Assembly: GCA_022750435.1 (NCBI GenBank)
Contig: JAKIVS010000001.1
Location: forward strand, 102,542-166,541
Length of the DNA stretch: 64,000 nt
Direction of reading: 5' to 3'
From: Thermoplasmata archaeon
Lineage (GTDB): Archaea > Thermoplasmatota > Thermoplasmata > Lutacidiplasmatales > UBA184
Shown here: in pieces, positions 44,961 through 54,984 of the stretch
Numbering within the stretch: position 1 is the first letter of the stretch
Layout of the letters: each line of letters starts with the position of its first letter
Notes under the pieces: generated by a model
Database searches by the model: none
The model's input: the letters and a program-made list of their open reading frames with translations, nothing else
Told to the model about the DNA's origin: nothing
Program-made: the position numbers and the translations under genes

Positions 44961-46739
44961 TTAGGCGGCGGCTTCGTAGTAGAACTCGCCGCGTTCGCGC
45001 TGCTCGCGGTCGAGGACCGACCCTTCCCGGTTGATGCGGGGTCGCAGCGTCTCGGCGTCCCGGCGGAACGTCACCTGCACGTCCTTGAGCAGGTGGTTCA
45101 TCCCCGCCCGCATCGCGAACGGTCCGGAGCCCACGCCGGCCGAACCGTCCTTCCCCTCGGAGCGGAACACCATCAAGGCGTCGCAGGCGAGGTCGAGGAA
45201 GTACACGTCGTGGTCGACCACGAGCGCGCTCACGGCCTGGCGCTCGACCTGGCGGCGGATCAGCTTCGCCATCGCGATCCGTTCGTCGGCGTCGAGGTAG
45301 GCCGACGGTTCATCGAGGAGGTACAACGTGGCCGGCCGCGCCAAGGCGAGGGCGACGGCCGCGCGCTGCAACTCCCCGCCCGAGAGGTCCGGCAGCGCCA
45401 CGTCGAGCAGGTTGTCGAGGTGAAGCCCGGGAACGAGGTCGCGCTCGAAGAGGCTCCCGTCGAACGTCGGGTCTCCTCGGAGCGCTTCGAGGCGCTCCCG
45501 GAGGCTCGCCGCGTTGGTCGCCTTCAGGTACTGCGGCTTGTAGCTCACGGTCACCCCCTTCGGGGGTGCGCCGGCCGTAGGAACCTCGGCGCCCGCGAGC
45601 ATGCGGACGAACGTCGTCTTTCCGGTCGCGTTCGGACCGACGATGCCGACGGTCTCCCCCTTCGCGAGCTCGCCCGCTCCGACCGAGAGGTGGAACCGGT
45701 CGAATTTCTTCTCGAGCGGGTCGAACGCGACGAGCACGTTCGTGCGCGTGGGGAGCTTCGGAGGGTGCGCGACGAACCGGACCGGTTCGGTCCGGAAGCG
45801 CACGTTCTCGTCCTTCAGATAGCCGTTCAGGTAGGTGTTGATCGCGCTGCGCATCGCGATCGGGTGGGAGATCACGCCGAACGCCGCCTCCTCGCCGTAG
45901 ACGAGATGGGCCTGGTCGGCCAGGTAATCGAGGAGCGCGAGGTCGTGCTCGACCACGACCACGCTCTTCCGCTCGCCGAGCGCGCGCAGGAGGCGAGCCA
46001 CCTGCAAGCGGTGCACGATGTCGAGGTAGCTCGACGGCTCGTCGACGAGGTACAGGTCGGCGTCGGTTCCGATCGTCCGGGCGATGGCGAGCAACTGGAG
46101 CTCGCCGCCCGAGAGTTCGGCGATCGGCCGCTCGGCCTTCCCCTCGAGTCCGACCGACGAAAGTGCCGGACCCGGTTCCACGGCCGACCGCGCGAGGAAC
46201 TCCTCGGCGGTGCCGCCCTCCTCCACGAGCCGGTCGACGTACTGCGGTTTGAACACCGCACGGAGTTCGCCCCGGGCGATCTTCTCGAAGTGGGCGTGCA
46301 TCGCCGTTCCCCGGTACCGGTCCAGCACCTCCTCCCAATTCGGGGGCTTGTCATACCGGCCGAGATTCGGTCTCTCGACCCCGGCGAGGACCCGGAGCGC
46401 CGTCGACTTGCCCGTGCCGTTGGGGCCGAGAATCCCGGTGATCCCCTTCGTCGGCGGAAGGGGGAGCCGGTAGAGTCGGAAGCCGTTGTACCCGTACCGG
46501 TGGACGATCTCGCGCTCGTCGGCCTCGGGCGTGTTGAGGATCTTGATCGCATCGAACGGGCACTTGTGCACGCAGATGCCGCAGCCGATGCAGAGCGTCT
46601 CGGAGATGACCGGGCGGCCGTCGGTCCCCTCCACGATGCACTCCTGGCCCATCCGGACCGGCGGGCAGTACGCCTGGCATTCCCACTGGCACTCCTTCGG
46701 GTGGCAGCGGTCGCGGAGCAGGATGGCGATCCGGGCCAT
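44961..46739 (-). CDS. abce1: Ribosome-recycling ATPase ABCE1 / RNase L inhibitor homolog
   Basis: N-terminal Fe-S domain (CHPKECQWECQAYCP; CIGCGICVHKCP) plus twin ABC cassettes (GPNGTGKST / GPNATGKTT, LSGGELQ x2). Confidence 0.95.
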   Translation of the reverse strand: MARIAILLRDRCHPKECQWECQAYCPPVRMGQECIVEGTDGRPVISETLCIGCGICVHKCPFDAIKILNTPEADEREIVHRYGYNGFRLYRLPLPPTKGITGILGPNGTGKSTALRVLAGVERPNLGRYDKPPNWEEVLDRYRGTAMHAHFEKIARGELRAVFKPQYVDRLVEEGGTAEEFLARSAVEPGPALSSVGLEGKAERPIAELSGGELQLLAIARTIGTDADLYLVDEPSSYLDIVHRLQVARLLRALGERKSVVVVEHDLALLDYLADQAHLVYGEEAAFGVISHPIAMRSAINTYLNGYLKDENVRFRTEPVRFVAHPPKLPTRTNVLVAFDPLEKKFDRFHLSVGAGELAKGETVGIVGPNATGKTTFVRMLAGAEVPTAGAPPKGVTVSYKPQYLKATNAASLRERLEALRGDPTFDGSLFERDLVPGLHLDNLLDVALPDLSGGELQRAAVALALARPATLYLLDEPSAYLDADERIAMAKLIRRQVERQAVSALVVDHDVYFLDLACDALMVFRSEGKDGSAGVGSGPFAMRAGMNHLLKDVQVTFRRDAETLRPRINREGSVLDREQRERGEFYYEAAA

Positions 46740-46740
46740 C

Positions 46741-47442
46741 TCACGCCTCCCGGGTGTCGCCCACGATCCGGCCGTCGGCCATCGTCAGGTGGCGGGTCGC
46801 CCGCCGAGCGACGGCGGGGTTGTGAGTCACCAGCACCAGGCTCGCCCCCGTGGTGTGCTGGGCCTCGACGAGCAGGTCGAGCACCGACTCGGTGTTGGCC
46901 CGGTCGAGCTCCCCCGTCGGCTCGTCGGCGAGGAGCAGCCCCGGCTCGTTCGCGAGAGCACGGGCGATGGCCACCCGCTGCTCCTCCCCGCCGGAGAGCT
47001 GGTGGGGGCGGGAGTGCCGGCGTCCGGTGAGACCGACCGACTCGAGGAGCGCCCGTGCCCGCGCGGTCCGCTCGGCGGCCGGCCGGCCCGCGCCGCGCAT
47101 AGGCAGGGCGACGTTCTCCTCGGCGGTCAAGGTCGGGAGCAGGTAGAACCGTTGAAAGATGAAGCCGACCCCGGTCAGCCGCCGGCGGGCACGCTCCCGT
47201 TCCGGGAGCCGTCCCACGGGGGTCCCGTCCCACTCGACCGTGCCCGCGCTCGGGACGTCCAGGAGGCCGAGCAGGTTGAGGAGGGTCGTCTTGCCGCACC
47301 CGGACGGTCCCTCCACGCTGACGAAGCTGCCCGGTGACATCTGGAGGTCCACCCCGTCGAGGGCACGGACCTCGGTCGCCCCGTCTCCGTAGGTCTTGCG
47401 GACCCCGCGGAACGAGAGTGCAGGCGCTTTGGTCCGATTCAT
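46741..47442 (-). CDS. ABC transporter ATP-binding protein (MacB/LolD-like)
   Basis: [35 protein letters not shown]. Start at the internal ATG 47442, overlapping the upstream permease stop (ATGA). Confidence 0.9.
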   Translation of the reverse strand: MNRTKAPALSFRGVRKTYGDGATEVRALDGVDLQMSPGSFVSVEGPSGCGKTTLLNLLGLLDVPSAGTVEWDGTPVGRLPERERARRRLTGVGFIFQRFYLLPTLTAEENVALPMRGAGRPAAERTARARALLESVGLTGRRHSRPHQLSGGEEQRVAIARALANEPGLLLADEPTGELDRANTESVLDLLVEAQHTTGASLVLVTHNPAVARRATRHLTMADGRIVGDTREA

Positions 47443-48683
47443 CGGAGGGCCTCCGCGAGGGGCAATCGCAGGGCGGCCCGGGCCGCCGCCGCGCTCGCCA
47501 AGAGGCAGAGCAGCACCGTGCCGACGCCGAGCTCGCCGAGGGTCCTCGGGTCGAAGACCGCGAGTCCGGCGATCACCGGGACCTCCCCGGAACCGAACGT
47601 CCGGAGGACGAGGATGGCGATCCAGCCGCCCGCAACCCCCGCGACGACACCGGAGGTGGCGATGGCCGCGGCCCGGCCGACAAGACCGGTGACGATGGAC
47701 CATCGGGGAAGACCGATCGCCCGGCGGATCCCAATCGACCGTCGCTCCGCCTCCACGCGTCGGAGCAGGACGAGGGTCAGGAACAGGAGGCCGATCACGA
47801 TCGCTGTCGCCGAAAGGGCGAGATAGAACCCGGTAAGGACCGCGTTCGCCTGGTCGAGCTCGACCACCTGGTCGGAGAGGGTCGTGACCCCATAGTAGGG
47901 CACGAGCGCTTGGATCGCGTTCGCGGCTTCCTGGACGTCGGAGGGGTTCGTGGACGCGGTCCCCGAGAGCGAGACTTCGACGGTATCGGACGCGTCGAGC
48001 AACGCGCCGGTGGTCCCGTTCGCCCGAGCTTCCCCGGTCAAGACCTGAAGGTCGGACAGGGGAACGATGACGGCAAATCCGGCGATCGGTCCAAGGACCC
48101 CGGACGGTGTCCCGAACTCCCCCGTCACGGTGTACGGCGTCGCCGAGGTCGCGTTCGCATCGTCGGCGACCCCGATCGTCCCTCCGATGCCGACCCCGAG
48201 CGCACTCGCCGTCGGTCCGGCGAGGAGGATGTCGTTCGTGGCAGGGCCCTCGTAGGTGCCGTTCGCGAAGTGGACGCTGTCGTCGGGGTCTCCGAGCGGG
48301 AGAGGCGACGGGAACGCGCTGCGCTCGGAGGGGCTCAACGTGGCGAGGAAGGGTCCAGGGAGGACCCCCTCGGCCAGCGCCGGCTCGCGCACCCCGGTCG
48401 GTCCGAACAGGTCGACGGCGGAGCTGAGGGCGGGCGAGGCGGCCGCCACGTTCGGCACCCCGTCGATCTCGCGGGTCAGGGCGTGCGAATTGCCGACGCC
48501 GTGCGTGCCGGGAGCCGAGACGGTGATCTCGAATCCGGAGCTTTCCAGCGCCGAGCGTTCGTGGCTGGACACGCCACCGCCGACCGACAGAAGGACGACG
48601 GGAAGGGCGACGGCCGTCGCGATCGCGGCGACCGCGAGCAGGTCTTGGAGCGCCGTATGGGAGAGGCGAGACCGGGGGCTCAC
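47439..48683 (-). CDS. FtsX/MacB-like ABC transporter permease
   Basis: N-terminal TM, large extracytoplasmic domain, three C-terminal TMs with the RRAIGL motif. Confidence 0.8.
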   Translation of the reverse strand: MSPRSRLSHTALQDLLAVAAIATAVALPVVLLSVGGGVSSHERSALESSGFEITVSAPGTHGVGNSHALTREIDGVPNVAAASPALSSAVDLFGPTGVREPALAEGVLPGPFLATLSPSERSAFPSPLPLGDPDDSVHFANGTYEGPATNDILLAGPTASALGVGIGGTIGVADDANATSATPYTVTGEFGTPSGVLGPIAGFAVIVPLSDLQVLTGEARANGTTGALLDASDTVEVSLSGTASTNPSDVQEAANAIQALVPYYGVTTLSDQVVELDQANAVLTGFYLALSATAIVIGLLFLTLVLLRRVEAERRSIGIRRAIGLPRWSIVTGLVGRAAAIATSGVVAGVAGGWIAILVLRTFGSGEVPVIAGLAVFDPRTLGELGVGTVLLCLLASAAAARAALRLPLAEALR

Positions 48684-49987
48684 GGGGCTCGAAGCTCCTC
48701 AGCGATCGGGAGGCGCACCGCGCGCACCGCCGGCAGGATTGCGGCCAGCAGGCCGATGATCAGCACCTCGACGACTGCCGTGCCCACCACGGTCCCGTCA
48801 AAGGCGACGAAGGAGAACCCGGCCGGAAGCCCCGGCAAGAGGCTGACGAGGAACCGATTGAGGAGGTATGCCCCCGCGAACCCTCCCGCCAGTCCGACCG
48901 CGAGGCCCAAGGCCGCGAGGGAGAGCGCCTCTTCGACCACGTAGCGGCCAATGGTGCTGCGCGCGAAGCCGATCGCGCGGAGGGTGGCGATCTCCTGGCT
49001 TCGGTCGTCGACCGACATGGTGAGCACGGTGGTCGCGAAGAGGGCGGCGACGATGAGGGCGACGAGGCCGATCAGCGTCCCGAAGGTCCGGTACAGGTCG
49101 ACCACCGATTGCACCGCGCCGAGGATGTTCGACAGCGTGAACACCGTGAGCGAGGGGAAAGCGCGCTGCAGGGTGCTCTGGTCCGACGACTGGTTCGACG
49201 GGTCGGTGAGGTGGACCAGGACCACCGACGCTTCGTCGTGGTCCACGACCGCCGCGCCCGCGAGGGTCTGGGCCTCCGAGAGATAGAAGAATCCGAGCAG
49301 GGCAGAGGGGATCAGGAAGAACGGACCCGAGATTCCGACGACGCGGAACGGGGTCGCGTTGTGGTACCAGCCGAGCGCCTGCGCGGGAGAGGCGAGCGAC
49401 TGCACGCTCACGTAGACGATGCTCCCGACGCTGGCCCGGAGGATGCCCGCCATCCCGTCATCGAGCACGACCTCGTGGGTGAACGGTCCGTTGTAGGTGC
49501 CGTTCGCGTAGTGGGGGTCGCCCGGACTCGAGAACCCCGGTCCCTGGGCCACCGACGGCGTGTCCAACCCAGTGTTCGCACCGGGGATCCACCCAACTCC
49601 CTCGCCGCTCGCCGGCCCCCAGCCGCCCGGGATGGCGGAGCCCGTCGGGGAAGCATTCGCTGCGGCGTAGAGCGAGGCGTTCGCGAAGACAAACGACGTC
49701 ACGAGCCAGGGACTGGCCGCCGCCACGTTTGGGTCGGCCCGGGCGAACCCTGTCGGAATCGAGTGCGCGTTGGTGACGGGCGGGAAGGTGGTGCCGCTCA
49801 GCGTCGTGTTCGCGCTGGTTGCGATCAGGTCGACCCCGCTCGCCGTGGCCAGTCGGGACGCGCTGCCTTCGACGCCGGCCGAGAGGGCAAGGAGGACGGT
49901 GACGAGCCCGGTCGCGAGGCCGATGCCGAGCGCGGTCAACGCCGAGCGTCCCGGCCGCCGACGGATGCCGTCCCAGGCGTACCGCAC
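48680..49987 (-). CDS. FtsX/MacB-like ABC transporter permease (second copy)
   Basis: Same architecture, with LRAIGFARS motif. 4-nt overlap with the downstream permease. Confidence 0.8.
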   Translation of the reverse strand: MRYAWDGIRRRPGRSALTALGIGLATGLVTVLLALSAGVEGSASRLATASGVDLIATSANTTLSGTTFPPVTNAHSIPTGFARADPNVAAASPWLVTSFVFANASLYAAANASPTGSAIPGGWGPASGEGVGWIPGANTGLDTPSVAQGPGFSSPGDPHYANGTYNGPFTHEVVLDDGMAGILRASVGSIVYVSVQSLASPAQALGWYHNATPFRVVGISGPFFLIPSALLGFFYLSEAQTLAGAAVVDHDEASVVLVHLTDPSNQSSDQSTLQRAFPSLTVFTLSNILGAVQSVVDLYRTFGTLIGLVALIVAALFATTVLTMSVDDRSQEIATLRAIGFARSTIGRYVVEEALSLAALGLAVGLAGGFAGAYLLNRFLVSLLPGLPAGFSFVAFDGTVVGTAVVEVLIIGLLAAILPAVRAVRLPIAEELRAP

Positions 49988-50009
49988 GGGCCGGCTCCTT
50001 CCGTCCCGC

Positions 50010-50915
50010 TCAGGTCGAGTGGGCGCGCAGTTCCCCGAGCGTGGTCCGGTGCGAGGAGGTCACGTCGTACTTGTGGATCGACTCCTCGCTGACGGTCACC
50101 ACTCTGACGCCGGTGGCATCGGGAAGGGCGGGGAATCGTCCGGGGAGCGAGGCGAGCAGGTCGCGCATGACGTCCTCGACGAATTTCGGGTGTCGGTGGG
50201 CGGTCAGCACCACGTCCGCCTCGTCGCCCCGTTTCAAAATCGCGTACGTCGGCGACGACTGGGCGCCCTCGACCGCTTCCAGAATCTGGTCGACCTCGAC
50301 CTCGGCGCCTTCCGGGAGGTCGAACGTGAGTCGGGTTCGATTGCGCTGGTTGTGGGTCACGATGGGCAAGGCGGCCATCGATGGGTCAGCGAGCAGTGGG
50401 AACTCCTTCGTCAGCTTCTCCCGCGCCGTCACCATCGCGCACGGGCACGCCGTCATGCCGACCGCCTCCCCCGCGATCGAACGTTCCAGGCTCACGGCCC
50501 CGTCGCTCCCCCGACGCGCCGTCGCCTCGGCGAACAACTGGAAGTCTTCGAGACTCTGACGAGCCGCCGAGATCCCCCGAAGCGCGAAGTAGAGCGCCTC
50601 GGCGCGCACCTCGGCGTCGTTGGCGTACGGGTGGCGGGCGAGGAGCTCCGTCGCGATGGTGGAGCAGGCGGATTCGAGGCTCTCGACCGGTCGTTGGGAG
50701 GTCCAGTCGACGACCTCCGCGAGCAGCTCGGCGTTCCGGGAGAGGTCCGACCCCTTCCGGTTCGACGGGAGGTCGACGGCGACCGAGAAGGAAACGGTCA
50801 GGGTGACCGCCCGCTCCGGGCGCTGCACGACGAGCGGCTTCTGAACGCCGGTGACACCGACCCGGTGGAGCTCGAGGCGTCCGTGGGTGGGCGCCATCGC
50901 GTGGACGTCCTTCAT
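50010..50915 (-). CDS. mptA: GTP cyclohydrolase MptA/FolE2 type (GTP cyclohydrolase IB family)
   Basis: LELHRVGVTGVQKPL, LPSNRKGSDLSRN, TACPCA. TATA-like GTTTAAGG centred 27 nt upstream, so leaderless. Confidence 0.8.
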   Translation of the reverse strand: MKDVHAMAPTHGRLELHRVGVTGVQKPLVVQRPERAVTLTVSFSVAVDLPSNRKGSDLSRNAELLAEVVDWTSQRPVESLESACSTIATELLARHPYANDAEVRAEALYFALRGISAARQSLEDFQLFAEATARRGSDGAVSLERSIAGEAVGMTACPCAMVTAREKLTKEFPLLADPSMAALPIVTHNQRNRTRLTFDLPEGAEVEVDQILEAVEGAQSSPTYAILKRGDEADVVLTAHRHPKFVEDVMRDLLASLPGRFPALPDATGVRVVTVSEESIHKYDVTSSHRTTLGELRAHST

Positions 50916-50984
50916 CGGCGCGGCCCACCCGGGACGTCCTTAAACGGCTTGTCGCCCGCAGTGTACCGACGGCCACCTACTCCT

Positions 50985-50998
50985 GCGACGTTATACCC
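50985..50998 (+). promoter_or_regulatory. TATA-box promoter of the DUF59 gene
   Basis: GCGACGTTATACCC, centred about 28 nt upstream of ATG 51021. Confidence 0.45.
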
Positions 50999-51020
50999 GA
51001 CGCCGCGCTCGGTTCGAACG

Positions 51021-51440
51021 ATGGACGACGCTGCGGCCACCACGGGACCCTCCGCCCCGACCGGGGCCACCGGCCCCGCAACTCCCGCGATCCCCGCGCC
51101 GGCAGCACCGGCGACGGCCGCCGCCTCCGGTCCCCACGCCGAGGTCGAGGCCGCGATCACGAAGGAACTGAAGAAGATCTACGACCCCGAGATCCCGATG
51201 AACATCGTGGACCTCGGGCTCATCTACGGCTTCGAGTGGAAGAGCGAGGAGGACGTCGTCCTCCACATGACTCTCACTTCGCCAGGGTGCCCGGTCGCCG
51301 GCGTCCTGGCCGAGGAGATCAAGATCGTCATGGAAAAGGTCCCCAAGGTCGCGAAGGCGACCGTCGACTTCGTCTGGGAGCCTCCGTGGTCCCCGGAGAA
51401 GATGAGCGAGTTCGCGCGCCGCCAGTTCGGCTACTTGTAA
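51021..51440 (+). CDS. DUF59 / SufT-PaaD-like Fe-S assembly factor with Ala/Pro-rich N-terminal extension
   Basis: IYDPEIPMNIVDLGLIY...LTSPGCPVAG...VWEPPWSPEKMS is the DUF59 signature. The long upstream part of the track ORF is antisense to the permease and mptA genes and was discarded. Confidence 0.85.
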   Translation: MDDAAATTGPSAPTGATGPATPAIPAPAAPATAAASGPHAEVEAAITKELKKIYDPEIPMNIVDLGLIYGFEWKSEEDVVLHMTLTSPGCPVAGVLAEEIKIVMEKVPKVAKATVDFVWEPPWSPEKMSEFARRQFGYL

Positions 51441-53872
51441 CGCCGGCGCGCCCAGAGGGCGATCAGCGCGACCGCGACGACGGCGGCGATCAGGACGAGA
51501 ATCTCCGGAAGCAGCGCGGAGTTCGACGACGGCCCGGAGGGGGACGGGGGAGGGAGCGTCGTGTTGCCCGCCACCGTCACGCTCGTGGAATTCCGGACGG
51601 TCTGGTTCGCCTGGTCGGTCGCGGCCACCGTGACGGAGTAGTTCCCCACCAACGTGGGCGTGCAGGTGACCGTGGCCGTGGTCGGGGTCGAGCACCCGTC
51701 GGGGAGGCCGGACCACCGGAAGGCGAACGGAGCCGCACCGCCGGCCGTGGTCGCGGTGAACGTGACCGTCCCCTCGGCAGCGATCGTCGCGGTGGAGGCG
51801 GCAACCAGCACGGCGGGTTTGGCGTGACCGAGCACCGCGATCGATGTGGCGGAGACAACCGCATGGGCCGAATCCGTCACTTGAACCCCGACCTCATAAT
51901 TCGAGGCATCCGGCAGGGAGCAATTCGCGAGGGGTCCGGTAGAACTACATCCGGCGGGGAGGCCGGACCAAGCGTACTGAAGGGGGTAGGCTCCGCCCGA
52001 GACCGCGGCGCGGATCGAGAAGAGCGTTCCCTCGTCCGCGAGCACCTGCCCGGGGACGAGGGCGACGGCGAGAGCCCCGTAGATCTGGACCTCCTGGCCG
52101 GGGCTCAGTCGACTCGCTCCGACCGTGTCATTGACACTGACGAAGACGTACTGCGGACCCGGAGTGCTCGGCGTACAGTTGATCTCGACCCCACGGCCGA
52201 CACAGCCCGGGAAGGACGACCAGATGTATGTCACCCCGCCCGACCCGCCCGTGATCCTCGCCGTGAACGAGACGCTCTGGCCGACGTCGAGCGCCGTCGT
52301 GTTCGCCACGATCTGGACGTCGAGGGTCGCATAGACCTGGAACGGGTGCGGCCCCGCCGAGACGACACTGCCGTTCGCATCGCGGACTGTGACCGAGATG
52401 TTCGAGCTCCCCGTGACGTTCGGGAAGCAGTTGATCGTGCTCGCGTTCGCGGCAGGGCATCCGACCGGTAGGCCGGTCCAGTTGAACACCCAGTAGCCGA
52501 ACCCACCCGAGACCTCCGCGATGATCGATACGGCAAGTCCCTGGTCGGTCCCCGCGGCGGGGGTGGTCCGGATCCCGCCGATGGTCAACGGTCCTGGGAC
52601 GGTGATGTCCACGACGTTCGAGGGCCCGATGACATCTCCGTGTGCGTCGATGGCGAAGTCGTCGAACTTGTACGGCCCGGCGAGCCCGGCGCGCCAGCCC
52701 CAGGTCAGATTCCCCGTCCCGGAGATCACGCCGTTGACCCTCCAGATCGTGGAGTACGGTCCGACGCCGCCGGTCACGTTCGTCGTGAAGTTCACGAGGG
52801 TCCCGGCGGTCGGAGTGGAGGGTCCGCCGCTCAGGGAGACCGATGTCAACCGGGTCGGGTCCGTCTCGTAGCGGAAGCCGTACGCCGAGTTCTGCAGGGA
52901 GTAGTTCTCCCCGTCGGCCCAGCGCGGGCCGTAGGACGTCCCGCTCGCCGTGTTGACGTACTGGCTCGCCGGGTCCCCCGGTCCGATCGACTCCGTCCCG
53001 TTGCTCGAGGCGTAGCAGAGCGCCCGGGAACCGTTCGATTGGAACAGGTCGAACTCGTCGGACCACGGGATGTAGTCGGTGACGTACGTCCCGTTCGCGA
53101 ACTCGTACTCGACCGTGGGCATGTAGAGGTAGTCGGGGCACGAGGTGGCCGTGCTGTTGACGACCTCGGTCATCGTGCCCGTGTAGTACCCGTTGGAGTC
53201 CGACGCGGTGCTGAGGAACTCCCACTTCGTCCCGCCGGAGTTGGGCTGGGCGTCGCACAACGTGTGGGAGACGGCCGTGGTCACGTCCTTCAAGGTCATG
53301 CAGCCGTTTCCGCCGCTGCTGAAGTAGATCGTGAGTTCGACGACGTCCCCGGCGGAGAGCGAGACAGTCGAATCGCAGGTGATGGGTCCGGAGTTCTGGG
53401 CGTTGTCCCACACCTCCGTGGCTTCCTCGAACCCGGAGTTGCACCCCGGCCAGTTGTCGGCAATGACGATCTGCCACCAGTCGCCGGAGTTCGTCAGTCC
53501 GTTGAGTTCGTAGGCGGTGGAATAGGGGCTGTTCACGAGGGGAATGTACTCGGAGAGACGTGCGACGCCCGTCGCGGAGCTCTCGTTCAGCGAGGAGATC
53601 GTCGAACCGGATTGCAGGTAGTACAGGTCGGATTGGGCGGGGCGGGACGGGGTCCGGAATGGGGCGATTCCCAGGTGGAGGCCGGGGGGAAGTCGGTAGA
53701 CGACGGCGCCGGCCCCACGTGCTCGGGCCGACCCGTAGTCCGTCGAGATGGGCTTTCCCGACGAGGGAGCCCCCCAGGAGGCCGCCACGCTCGTTGGGAG
53801 GAGGAGGACGAATACGCTGAGGGCCGCGAAAGCGACGGTCGCTCTGGACGTGCGAGGAACCCAACGAGGCAT
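51431..53872 (-). CDS. Secreted protein: Cys-rich N-terminal beta-sandwich-like domain (possible G1/eqolisin-like peptidase, weak) plus about 5 Ig/PKD-like modules plus C-terminal TM anchor
   Basis: Signal peptide MPRWVPRTSRATVAFAALSVFVLLLPTSVAAS. Repeated W.GLP.GC...C...Y.V.V.V.D modules. TM plus RRRYK tail. The peptidase idea rests only on loose resemblance (GDWWQIVI, TGTMTEVVN). Confidence 0.7.
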   Translation of the reverse strand: MPRWVPRTSRATVAFAALSVFVLLLPTSVAASWGAPSSGKPISTDYGSARARGAGAVVYRLPPGLHLGIAPFRTPSRPAQSDLYYLQSGSTISSLNESSATGVARLSEYIPLVNSPYSTAYELNGLTNSGDWWQIVIADNWPGCNSGFEEATEVWDNAQNSGPITCDSTVSLSAGDVVELTIYFSSGGNGCMTLKDVTTAVSHTLCDAQPNSGGTKWEFLSTASDSNGYYTGTMTEVVNSTATSCPDYLYMPTVEYEFANGTYVTDYIPWSDEFDLFQSNGSRALCYASSNGTESIGPGDPASQYVNTASGTSYGPRWADGENYSLQNSAYGFRYETDPTRLTSVSLSGGPSTPTAGTLVNFTTNVTGGVGPYSTIWRVNGVISGTGNLTWGWRAGLAGPYKFDDFAIDAHGDVIGPSNVVDITVPGPLTIGGIRTTPAAGTDQGLAVSIIAEVSGGFGYWVFNWTGLPVGCPAANASTINCFPNVTGSSNISVTVRDANGSVVSAGPHPFQVYATLDVQIVANTTALDVGQSVSFTARITGGSGGVTYIWSSFPGCVGRGVEINCTPSTPGPQYVFVSVNDTVGASRLSPGQEVQIYGALAVALVPGQVLADEGTLFSIRAAVSGGAYPLQYAWSGLPAGCSSTGPLANCSLPDASNYEVGVQVTDSAHAVVSATSIAVLGHAKPAVLVAASTATIAAEGTVTFTATTAGGAAPFAFRWSGLPDGCSTPTTATVTCTPTLVGNYSVTVAATDQANQTVRNSTSVTVAGNTTLPPPSPSGPSSNSALLPEILVLIAAVVAVALIALWARRRYK

Positions 53873-53994
53873 GTCGTACCCTGAAGGCAGGAAAAGTAGC
53901 CGCCCTCCGGCACATAAGGGCACGTCTCGGTCTCGGGTCGCCACCGGAGCGCGTTCGGCGCGCTCATGAATGGACCTGACTTCGGTCCGAAACC

Positions 53995-54984
53995 GTGGAG
54001 ATGTCGGCGTTCCTGGACGGGACGGATCCGGCGCTCCAACAGACGACGTGGGGGGCCGACCGGTCCCCCATCCTGACCCTCCGTCCCGGAGGACGGGTCC
54101 GCGTCGTCGTCCCCGATTCGTCCAGCGGCCAATTGTCGGAACGGTCCACCAAGCGGTCGCTTCGAGCCCTCGACTTCGAGCGGGTCGATGCCGCCGTCGG
54201 CCCCATCGAGATCGTCGGGGCGCGCGCCGGCGATCGGCTCGACGTAGCGATCCGCTCGATCCGGACGGGCCACTGGGGCTGGTCGGGAGTGTTCCGGGAC
54301 TTCGGCCTGCTCCAGGGGCAATTCGAGGACGACCTCCAAATCTGGAAAATCGGATCGAAGGAGGCCCGGCCCCGGGGCGGGTTCCTCCCCGACGTTACCA
54401 TCCCAACGCGACCTATGCTGGGGTGGATCGGGGTCGCGCCGTCCTCTGGACATCACCCGATGGTCCCCCCGCGAAGAACCGGAGGGAATCTCGACCACCG
54501 ATTCGTCGGAGCGGGCTCCGTACTGTCGCTCCCGGTCGAGGTCGACGGCGCCCTGCTGTCGATCGGCGACCCCCACGCGGCGCAGGGGGACGGGGAGGTC
54601 TCCGGCACCGGTATCGAGACGACCGCGGACGTCGAACTCGAGGTGCGGCTCGTACCCCGCGCCGCACCCCGGTTCCCCTTCGTGCGGGCACCGAGCCTTC
54701 CGGGAACCCCTGGCCCCGTTCTGGCGTCGCTCGGGGTCGGTCCGGAACTTCTCCCGGCGTCCGTGGAGGCCCTCGAGGGGCTCCTGGACCTGTTCGAGGG
54801 GAGAGGGATCTCGCGAAAATCGGGCTACCTTCTCGCGAGCATCGCGGGGGAGCTCCGGATCTCCGAGGCGGTCGACCTGCCGAACTACGTGGTGTCTGCG
54901 AGCTATCCGGAGCGCCTTCTCCCGCCAACAGGGGACCTTAAGGCGCGCCGCACGTCGGCGCGCCCGAGGCGGAGGGGACCATGA
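53995..54984 (+). CDS. Acetamidase/formamidase-family amidohydrolase
   Basis: GPIEIVGARAGD, GGNLDHRFV, GDPHAAQGDGEVSGTGIE motifs. Confidence 0.8.
   Translation: MEMSAFLDGTDPALQQTTWGADRSPILTLRPGGRVRVVVPDSSSGQLSERSTKRSLRALDFERVDAAVGPIEIVGARAGDRLDVAIRSIRTGHWGWSGVFRDFGLLQGQFEDDLQIWKIGSKEARPRGGFLPDVTIPTRPMLGWIGVAPSSGHHPMVPPRRTGGNLDHRFVGAGSVLSLPVEVDGALLSIGDPHAAQGDGEVSGTGIETTADVELEVRLVPRAAPRFPFVRAPSLPGTPGPVLASLGVGPELLPASVEALEGLLDLFEGRGISRKSGYLLASIAGELRISEAVDLPNYVVSASYPERLLPPTGDLKARRTSARPRRRGP

Noticed and set aside
49770-51020. 556-aa plus-strand ORF leading into the DUF59 gene
   Set aside because: Only the last 139 codons are DUF59-like and preceded by a TATA box. The upstream part is antisense to the FtsX permease and mptA.
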